Source: Candidatus Saganbacteria bacterium (GTDB lineage Bacteria > Margulisbacteria > WOR-1 > JAKLHX01). From it: a DNA stretch of 32,000 bases. Under the pieces are notes generated by a model. It saw only the letters and a program-made list of their open reading frames with translations. It was not told the DNA's origin and ran no database searches. Shown one piece after another: positions 25,777-32,000 of the stretch (positions are counted from its first letter, which is position 1; each line of letters starts with the position of its first letter). The translations under genes and the position numbers were made by a program. The stretch lies in the NCBI GenBank assembly GCA_026387835.1, contig JAPLKZ010000004.1:73931-105930 (forward strand), given 5' to 3'.

Positions 25777-27873
25777 TCAAGATATTATCCTGAAAAATAC
25801 CATCAACATATCTATCAATTTTATCCCGATGAACGGCGCGATCAGGCCTCCGAGGCCGTATATCTGTATATTGCGCCGCAAAAGCGAGCGCGCGTCCTCG
25901 CTGTGATATGATACCCCGCGCAGAGCAAGCGGTATCAAAATGACTATTATTATCGCATTGAATATAACCGCGCTGAGTATCGCGCTGTAAGGAGAATGAA
26001 GCCGCATGATATTAAGCACAGAGAGCGGCCCTTGCGTCGCGCCTGTTTCGGCATACAGCATCCCGAAAATAGCGGGGATTATGGCGAAATATTTCGCAAC
26101 ATCATTGGCGATGCTGAAAGTGGTCAGAGCCCCCCTTGTCATTAAAAGCTGCTTGCCTATCTCAACGATCTCGATAAGCTTTGTCGGATTACTTTCGAGG
26201 TCCACCATGTTGCCCGCTTCTCTCGCTGCCTGTGTCCCTGTGTTCATAGTGACCCCTACATCAGCCTGCGCGAGCGCCGGGGCATCGTTCGTTCCGTCAC
26301 CGGTCATAGCGACAAGACGGCCGCTTGCCTGCTCCTGACGTATCCTGTTCATCTTTGATTCAGGGGTTGCCTGCGCGATAAAATCATCGACTCCCGCTTC
26401 TGCGGCAATGGCCGCAGCTGTTAATTCGTTATCGCCTGTTATCATCACTGTCCGTATCCCCATTTTTCTCAGTTCTTTGAAGCGCTCTTTTATCCCGCCC
26501 TTGACCACATCTTTTAAATGAATTATCCCGAGGACTTTGTTCCCGTCAGATACTGCCAGCGGGGTCCCTCCGCTGCTCCCTATCCTGCTCACTTCTGCCT
26601 CAAGTCCGGGCGGGAACTTCCCGTTTATCGACTCGACATATCTTTTTATTGCGTCGACCGACCCTTTTTTGATCGACCGGTAGACATTTTTATCCCTATC
26701 GTGGAAGTCGATGCCGCTCATCTGAGTTGAAGCGGAGAACGGAATAAATGTAGCTTCGCTGGAATGAAAGCTCTGTGCCCGGAGACCGAACTTGTCTTTT
26801 GCGAGTACAACGATCGATCTTCCTTCCGGAGTTTCATCTGCCAGAGAAGAAAGCTGCGATACTTCGGCCAAAGCCTTTTCCTCTGTCCCGGACGCGGGGA
26901 TGAACTCTGATGCCATCCTGTTTCCCATAGTTATGGTGCCCGTTTTATCAAGAAGAAGAACATCTATATCACCCGCTGCTTCCACCGCGCGCCCGCTCTT
27001 TGCTATCACGTGGCGCCTGATCAACCTGTCCATTCCCGCTATCCCGATCGCGCTCAAAAGTCCTCCTATCGTCGTGGGGATAAGACAAACAAGAAGCGAT
27101 ACAAGGATCGGTACTGTCACCAGCAAAGAAAGGTCCTGTCCCGCAGCATTGCCGCTATAATCCGCAAAAAACTTCAGCGTGACGACGGCAAGGAGAAAAA
27201 TTATTGTAAGTCCTGCCAGTACGATACTTAAAGCGATCTCATTAGGGGTCCTCTGCCGTTTTGCTCCCTCTATCAGGGCGATCATCCTGTCTATGAAATT
27301 CCCGCCAGGATCGGATGTTATTCTGATAATTATCTTATCGCTTATCACTTTTGTACCGCCGGTTACTGCGCTGCGGTCCCCTCCGCTTTCCCTGATCACG
27401 GGAGCTGATTCACCGGTTATCGCTGATTCATCGACGCTTGCTATCCCCTCGATCACTTCACCATCGGAGGGGATAGTACCGTCCGCTTCACAAACGACCA
27501 CGTCGCCTTTTTTAAGCTGGCTCGCAAGAACCGATGTTTCTTTGCCGTTCGTCAGAAGTCTCGCGCAGACTTCTTTTCTCGATCGCCGCAGGCTTTCCGC
27601 CTGGGCTTTTCCCCGTCCCTCAGCCATAGCTTCGGCAAAGTTTGCAAAAAGCACAGTGAACCAGAGCCAGATGCTTATCATAAGTTCGAAGGAGGAGAAA
27701 ACTCCGTTCACAAAAAGATGCTTGAAGAAATATGCCGATGTAAGTGCGGACGCTACCATCGTGAGAAACATCACGGGATTGCGCATTTCTTCTTTCGGAT
27801 TAAGTTTAAGAAAAGAGTCTCTTACCGCCTCAAAAAAGATCTTATTTTGATCTCCATCAGTCTTTTTTGTCAT
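25777..27873 (-). CDS. kdpB: potassium-transporting ATPase ATP-binding subunit B
   Basis: 698 aa; P-type ATPase phosphorylation motif [60 protein letters not shown]. Confidence 0.98.
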   Translation of the reverse strand: MTKKTDGDQNKIFFEAVRDSFLKLNPKEEMRNPVMFLTMVASALTSAYFFKHLFVNGVFSSFELMISIWLWFTVLFANFAEAMAEGRGKAQAESLRRSRKEVCARLLTNGKETSVLASQLKKGDVVVCEADGTIPSDGEVIEGIASVDESAITGESAPVIRESGGDRSAVTGGTKVISDKIIIRITSDPGGNFIDRMIALIEGAKRQRTPNEIALSIVLAGLTIIFLLAVVTLKFFADYSGNAAGQDLSLLVTVPILVSLLVCLIPTTIGGLLSAIGIAGMDRLIRRHVIAKSGRAVEAAGDIDVLLLDKTGTITMGNRMASEFIPASGTEEKALAEVSQLSSLADETPEGRSIVVLAKDKFGLRAQSFHSSEATFIPFSASTQMSGIDFHDRDKNVYRSIKKGSVDAIKRYVESINGKFPPGLEAEVSRIGSSGGTPLAVSDGNKVLGIIHLKDVVKGGIKERFKELRKMGIRTVMITGDNELTAAAIAAEAGVDDFIAQATPESKMNRIRQEQASGRLVAMTGDGTNDAPALAQADVGVTMNTGTQAAREAGNMVDLESNPTKLIEIVEIGKQLLMTRGALTTFSIANDVAKYFAIIPAIFGMLYAETGATQGPLSVLNIMRLHSPYSAILSAVIFNAIIIVILIPLALRGVSYHSEDARSLLRRNIQIYGLGGLIAPFIGIKLIDMLMVFFRIIS

Positions 27874-27878
27874 GATGT

Positions 27879-29567
27879 TTAGAACGCCCTTCCTTTAAGC
27901 ATCAATAAATGCTCGATGATGGGTCCGAGAGAAAGTGCGGGGAAAAATGTCAAGACCCCGACTATTATTATAACTCCCACAAGAAGAGCCGCGAACAGAA
28001 AATTATCCGTAGTAAAAGTGCCGCTTGAGACAGGCGTTATTTTTTTTACCGCGAGGCTGCCGGCTATCACCATCGCGGGGATTATCACCCCGAACCTTCC
28101 TATGATCATAGCTATACCAAGAAGAACGTTATAAAAGACCGTATTCGCATTGAGACCCGCAAAAGCGCTGCCATTGTTCTGGGATGCCGAGGAAAAAGCA
28201 TAAAGCATCTCACTGAAACCATGAGGACCTTTACTGAGCAGACTTGAAAGGCCAGCCGGCAGAACACACGCTGCTGCCGTTCCAAGGAGTATCGCGGCAG
28301 ACGGAAGAAGTATCGAAAGTATGACCATCTGCACTTCTTTGCGCTCGATCTTTTTGCCGAGATATTCCGGTGTACGCCCCACCATCAGCCCTGCAAGGAA
28401 CACCGTGAGCAGGACCATGTGGAGCATTCCGTACATACCTGACCCAACGCCTCCGAATATTATCTCGCCAAGCATCAGATTGAACAGGGCGATTCCTCCG
28501 GTAATGGGCGTCAGAGACGAATGCATAGCATTTACCGATCCGTTGGAGACTGAGGTAGTGGCAGTTGCCCAGATCACGCTGTTTGTTATTCCCAGCCTCA
28601 TCTCCTGTCCTTCGTGTATCGTCGTGACAGCAGTATTCGAATATGAAAATTCGGAAAACAAAGCTACCCCGAGAGAAATGGCAAAAACAGCGAACATTAC
28701 ATAGAATAAAAGCCATCCGTGTTTTTTGTTACCGATCATCACTCCATATGTATATACCAGAGCTGCCGGCAGCATCAGAAGAGCAAGCATCTCAAGGAAA
28801 TTAGATAATGGCGTCGGGTTTTCATAAGGATGAGCGCTGTTCGCGTTAAAGAAACCTCCGCCGTTCGTACCCAGCTGTTTTATCGCGATCTGCGAGGCGG
28901 CCGGGCCCATCGGCAGCGTCTGCGAAGATCCCTGCACAGTAACGGCCGTCTTATATGGAGAAAAGTTCTGTATTACGCCCTGACCCGCGAGCAGGACCGC
29001 AAGGATCACTGATAAAGGCAATAATACATATATAAGAGTTCGGACAATGTCTACCCAGAAATTCCCCAGCGACTTCGCTGTTTTTGAGATTATTCCCCGA
29101 GTGAGCGCCAGGAATACTGCAAACCCAGTTGCCGCACTTAAGAAATTCTGTACAGCAAGACCCAGCATTTGTGTAAGATAGCTCATCGTCGACTCGCCGG
29201 CGTAACCCTGCCAGTTCGTGTTCGTCATAAAGCTCGCGGCCGTGTTAAACGCGCTGTCCCAGCTTACGTTTGCCAGATTTTGGGGGTTCAGAGGAAGATA
29301 GCGCTGCGTCAGTTGAAGGACAAAAACGAACAAAAACCCTATAAAGTTGAACCATAGAAGTGCTTTTGTATAATCTTTCCAGTCCATCTCCTCTTCTTCG
29401 TCAATCCCGCATACTTTATATATAAGTTTTTCAAGCCAGCCGAGCAAAACGTGCATGAAAGTCTTTTTCCCCTGAAAGACCTTTGCCATAAAAAGGCCCA
29501 GGACCGGGGTAAGCAATATGAGTGCGGCACAATAAACAATCACCTGAAAATAATCAATGCTTTTCAT
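27879..29567 (-). CDS. kdpA: potassium-transporting ATPase subunit A
   Basis: 562 aa; [69 protein letters not shown]. Confidence 0.97.
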   Translation of the reverse strand: MKSIDYFQVIVYCAALILLTPVLGLFMAKVFQGKKTFMHVLLGWLEKLIYKVCGIDEEEEMDWKDYTKALLWFNFIGFLFVFVLQLTQRYLPLNPQNLANVSWDSAFNTAASFMTNTNWQGYAGESTMSYLTQMLGLAVQNFLSAATGFAVFLALTRGIISKTAKSLGNFWVDIVRTLIYVLLPLSVILAVLLAGQGVIQNFSPYKTAVTVQGSSQTLPMGPAASQIAIKQLGTNGGGFFNANSAHPYENPTPLSNFLEMLALLMLPAALVYTYGVMIGNKKHGWLLFYVMFAVFAISLGVALFSEFSYSNTAVTTIHEGQEMRLGITNSVIWATATTSVSNGSVNAMHSSLTPITGGIALFNLMLGEIIFGGVGSGMYGMLHMVLLTVFLAGLMVGRTPEYLGKKIERKEVQMVILSILLPSAAILLGTAAACVLPAGLSSLLSKGPHGFSEMLYAFSSASQNNGSAFAGLNANTVFYNVLLGIAMIIGRFGVIIPAMVIAGSLAVKKITPVSSGTFTTDNFLFAALLVGVIIIVGVLTFFPALSLGPIIEHLLMLKGRAF

Positions 29568-29576
29568 GAATATCCC

Positions 29577-29660
29577 TTAGAATTTCTCCGGGTTCATCAT
29601 CGCGTATACGAGATAGCCCAGCATAACGAGCGCTATCAGACCTGACAAAATAAAACCCAT
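29577..29660 (-). CDS. kdpF: KdpF-like small membrane subunit
   Basis: Unlisted 27-aa ORF MGFILSGLIALVMLGYLVYAMMNPEKF with the characteristic YLxYAxxxPEKF C-terminus, RBS AAAGG, 9 bp before kdpA. Confidence 0.85.
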   Translation of the reverse strand: MGFILSGLIALVMLGYLVYAMMNPEKF

Positions 29661-29700
29661 ATTATATTCCTTTTGGTTGATTATAACAGGTTAACAGGCC

Positions 29701-29814
29701 TTATTTAAATCGTCCTGTCATCAACAATATTGTATAAACGATCGACATTCCGATCAGATAAACGGCACCGAATATGAAGACTATTACTACTATCCCTGCA
29801 ATAATACTTATCAT
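29701..29814 (-). CDS. putative 37-aa single-pass membrane protein at the head of the kdp operon
   Basis: MISIIAGIVVIVFIFGAVYLIGMSIVYTILLMTGRFK, ATG preceded by AGGA; not in the ORF track because it is short. Confidence 0.45.
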   Translation of the reverse strand: MISIIAGIVVIVFIFGAVYLIGMSIVYTILLMTGRFK

Positions 29815-29920
29815 GGATAAATCCTATCATCGTGTCAAGTCAAATTGGAGTAAAAAGGCAATCTCAACCCGTAAAAATAGCGTAAAATACCAAGGATATT
29901 TGTTCGAATGTTTATAGTGG

Positions 29921-29991
29921 CTGCGGGACTAGGATTCGAACCTAGACAGCCAGCTTCAGAGACTGGCGTCCTACCATTAGACGATCCCGCA
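29921..29991 (-). tRNA. tRNA-Gln (anticodon CTG)
   Basis: Minus strand TGCGGGATCGTCTAATGGTAGGACGCCAGTCTCTGAAGCTGGCTGTCTAGGTTCGAATCCTAGTCCCGCAG; acceptor TGCGGGA/TCCCGCA with U1-A72, loop CTCTGAA, T-arm CTAGG-TTCGAAT-CCTAG. Confidence 0.93.
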
Positions 29992-29996
29992 AAGAG

Positions 29997-30093
29997 AATT
30001 ACTAATGACTAATGCTTAATGACTAATGAAGGAGTAATTATTTAATAATAATATTTTCATTAATTAGACATTAGTCATTAGTAATTAGTCATT
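29997..30093. repeat. palindromic AT-rich element, copy C
   Basis: AATTACTAATGACTAAT (29997-30013) and ATTAGTCATTAGTAATT (30070-30086); 29996-30094 is 98/99 identical to the reverse complement of 10842-10940. Confidence 0.9.
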
Positions 30094-30114
30094 TTATTGA
30101 ACAAGAATATTATA

Positions 30115-30465
30115 TCAGGATTTCGACTTACGTATAATCGCGGCAAGTATCAATATAATCTCGCGGCATTCACTTGTAATGTTTTCAAGTTCTTTTTTGT
30201 TATCAGCATTGTTAATTAATTCGGCTTCTTTCATTATTTTAAGCCAATATTCGGTTTCCTGAGCCTCCTTTTTTGCTATAAAGACTTTATTGATAAAATC
30301 TTTCTTTGAACAGGCTGAATCGGCTTCAGTCATATTCGCTCCGATAGATGCGGCGCTCCTTAAAAGCTGATCATTGATAATGTTTATTGAGGGGTTCTTT
30401 GAAATACGTTTTATAAACTTAACTATTTGTACCGCAAACCGCAACGTCCTATCCTGTATTTCCAT
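30115..30465 (-). CDS. four helix bundle protein, 23S rRNA-intervening-sequence (S23/IVP) family
   Basis: 116 aa; VKFIKRISKNPSINIINDQLLRSAASIGANMTEADSACSKKDFINKVFIAKKEAQETEYWLKIMKEAELI, diagnostic of the family. Confidence 0.92.
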   Translation of the reverse strand: MEIQDRTLRFAVQIVKFIKRISKNPSINIINDQLLRSAASIGANMTEADSACSKKDFINKVFIAKKEAQETEYWLKIMKEAELINNADNKKELENITSECREIILILAAIIRKSKS

Positions 30466-30474
30466 TTTACAATG

Positions 30475-30515
30475 ATTTTCCTTAATTAGTTATTAGTCAT
30501 TAGAAATTAGTCATT
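30475..30515. repeat. palindromic AT-rich element, partial copy D
   Basis: ATTTTCCTTAATTAGTTATTAGTCATTAGAAATTAGTCATT, 37/41 identical to 30053-30093 in the same orientation; together they bracket the S23 gene. Confidence 0.75.
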
Positions 30516-30764
30516 CTACACCGGCGGTTTCCACCATTGCGGCTGTGCGATCAGAATATATGCTCCGTATAACAATATAATAGCCGCAGCTGCTGCAAAA
30601 ACCCAAAAATTAATGTCGCGTTTCCTGCCGTTCTTTACCATGACAGCTGTGGCAATGAATGCTATAAGCGAAAGTATTATCAAAGCGGAACCTTTAAATA
30701 CCGGACTTTCGCTTATATACCTTATTATTTTAGAGCCGGTCTCAAAATCGATGAATTTTAACAT
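30516..30764 (-). CDS. small hypothetical membrane protein (two TM)
   Basis: 82 aa; hydrophobic segments ALIILSLIAFIATAVMV and FWVFAAAAIIILLYGAYILI; divergent from nadB. Confidence 0.6.
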   Translation of the reverse strand: MLKFIDFETGSKIIRYISESPVFKGSALIILSLIAFIATAVMVKNGRKRDINFWVFAAAAAIILLYGAYILIAQPQWWKPPV

Positions 30765-30793
30765 GTTCTTATAATGATATAATACATCTAATA

Positions 30794-32000
30794 ATGAAAG
30801 TTTTCAATTGTGATTTTCTTGTTGTCGGCGGAGGCATTTCAGGCCTGAGAGCGGCGCTCACGGCATCTAAATTCGGACAGGTCATACTGCTTACCAAGGG
30901 GAAGACCGAAGAGACCGCGACGGAAAAAGCGCAGGGAGGCATCGCGGCGGCTATCGACAAAGAAAAAGATTCCACCACCTTCCACCTTGAAGACACCCTT
31001 TCAGCCGGAGCGGGCCTCTGTGACAGCGATGCCGTAAAAGTCCTTGTCAACGACGGAGTTGAAAGGGTGAAAGAGCTCATCGAAATGGGCGCTGATTTTG
31101 ACCGCACGCCTTCGGGTTTCGAGCTCAATATCGAAGGCGCCCACAGAAGGCGAAGGATACTGCATGCCGGCGACTACACCGGAAGCGAGATCGCCAAGAC
31201 CCTTGCGGCAAAGGCCATCAAAGAAAAGAATATCAGGGTGATGAACTTTGTATTCGGAAAAGATCTTCTCGTAAAGGACGGAAAATGCTGCGGGATAGAT
31301 GCTTTTGACGCGAAGACCGATGAACTTATGAGATTTCTTGCTCCGGCGACCATCCTTTCGACCGGCGGTGTCTGCCAGATCTATCTTTACACCACCAATC
31401 CCGAATTTGCCACGGGTGACGGCATTGCAATGGCCTATAGAGCGGGAGCAGAACTTAGCGATATGGAATTCGTCCAGTTCCACCCTACCGCTCTTGTCCA
31501 GTTCAAAGGCCTCGGCGAAGAGGTCGCTTTCCCTCAATTCTTGATATCTGAAGCTGTCCGCGGCGAAGGCGCTCTGCTTCTGAACAAGCACGGAGAACGC
31601 TTCATGGATAAATATCATATACAGGCCGAGCTTGCTCCGAGAGATATCGTCTCAAGGGCCATATACGACGAGATGAAAAAGACCGATTCGGACCACGTGC
31701 ATCTCAATCTTTCCGGGATAGACCCTGAAAAAGTAAAAAAACGTTTCCCGACCATTTACAGGACCTGTAAAGAAGCAGGCATGGACCTCACAGCCGATGA
31801 TATCCCTGTGGCTCCCGCGGCGCATTATTTCATGGGCGGGATAAGGACAGATCTTGAAGCAAGGACAAATATAAAAGGCTTGTGGGCTGCGGGAGAAGTG
31901 ATGTCATCGGGAGTACATGGCGCGAACCGTTTAGCAAGTAATTCGCTATTGGAAGGAGTCGTTTTCGGTCATAGAGCGGCGTTGTCGGCAAAAGAGTATC
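30794..32000 (+). CDS. nadB: L-aspartate oxidase, C-terminally truncated by the window edge
   Basis: Open frame from ATG 30794, translated by eye: FLVVGGGISGLRAALTASKFG, TATEKAQGGIAAA, GAHRRRRILHAGDYTG, MEFVQFHPTALV, SEAVRGEGALLLN, PAAHYFMGGIRTD, LWAAGEVMSSGVHGANRLASNSLLEGVVFG. Confidence 0.92.
   Translation, partial: MKVFNCDFLVVGGGISGLRAALTASKFGQVILLTKGKTEETATEKAQGGIAAAIDKEKDSTTFHLEDTLSAGAGLCDSDAVKVLVNDGVERVKELIEMGADFDRTPSGFELNIEGAHRRRRILHAGDYTGSEIAKTLAAKAIKEKNIRVMNFVFGKDLLVKDGKCCGIDAFDAKTDELMRFLAPATILSTGGVCQIYLYTTNPEFATGDGIAMAYRAGAELSDMEFVQFHPTALVQFKGLGEEVAFPQFLISEAVRGEGALLLNKHGERFMDKYHIQAELAPRDIVSRAIYDEMKKTDSDHVHLNLSGIDPEKVKKRFPTIYRTCKEAGMDLTADDIPVAPAAHYFMGGIRTDLEARTNIKGLWAAGEVMSSGVHGANRLASNSLLEGVVFGHRAALSAKEY

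Noticed and set aside
27179-27850. 223-aa plus-strand ORF (and 26792-27160, 26006-26338)
   Set aside because: Antisense to conserved kdpB; reverse-complement shadow frames.
28231-28716. 161-aa minus-strand ORF
   Set aside because: Alternative frame inside kdpA; low-complexity Arg/Cys-rich translation typical of an out-of-frame read.
1-32000. CRISPR array, prophage or defence island
   Set aside because: No evenly spaced direct repeats with unique spacers, no phage structural genes, and the single tyrosine recombinase looks like housekeeping Xer beside core genes. The repeats found are dispersed palindromes, not an array.

Overview
The 32 kb window is mostly chromosomal housekeeping and metabolic sequence, apparently from a diderm bacterium because several exported beta-barrel-like proteins are present. 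Left to right it contains: an edge-truncated membrane protein, folC, an M50 protease, xerD-like recombinase, M20 peptidase, thiC-like, a LOG-family gene (all minus strand); an SDR oxidoreductase and a PfkB/KDG-kinase-like gene (plus); tRNA-Glu(CTC), a pseudouridine synthase, and a DUF1667 / FAD oxidoreductase / GlpA-like trio; a large metallo-beta-lactamase plus double cNMP-binding protein; glpK with a monoacylglycerol-lipase-like gene; an ABC-2 exporter with a lipoprotein; a group of small exported proteins; an RHH protein and a GIY-YIG protein; a complete kdpFABCDE operon; tRNA-Gln(CTG); a 23S-IVS-type four-helix-bundle (S23) gene; and the start of nadB. No CRISPR array, obvious defence island or phage is visible. 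The most unusual signal is a dispersed AT-rich palindromic element built on AATTACTAATGACTAAT / ATTAGTCATTAGTAATT. There are three approximately 85-100 bp copies (two in the glp-like operon, one beside tRNA-Gln) and one partial copy. Two copies 19 kb apart match at 98/99 nt by eye, and the partial copy with one full copy brackets the S23 gene with 41-nt repeats (37/41). This could be a small S23-linked mobile element family with internally deleted derivatives. Other leads are an in-frame palindromic PLPLGEG-type insertion in an FAD oxidoreductase, a bipartite 33-bp motif upstream of both sugar-catabolism genes, an A13 tract in glpK, a likely leaderless RHH gene with a palindromic promoter, an MBL-cNMP-cNMP fusion, and an unannotated 37-aa membrane ORF heading the kdp operon.
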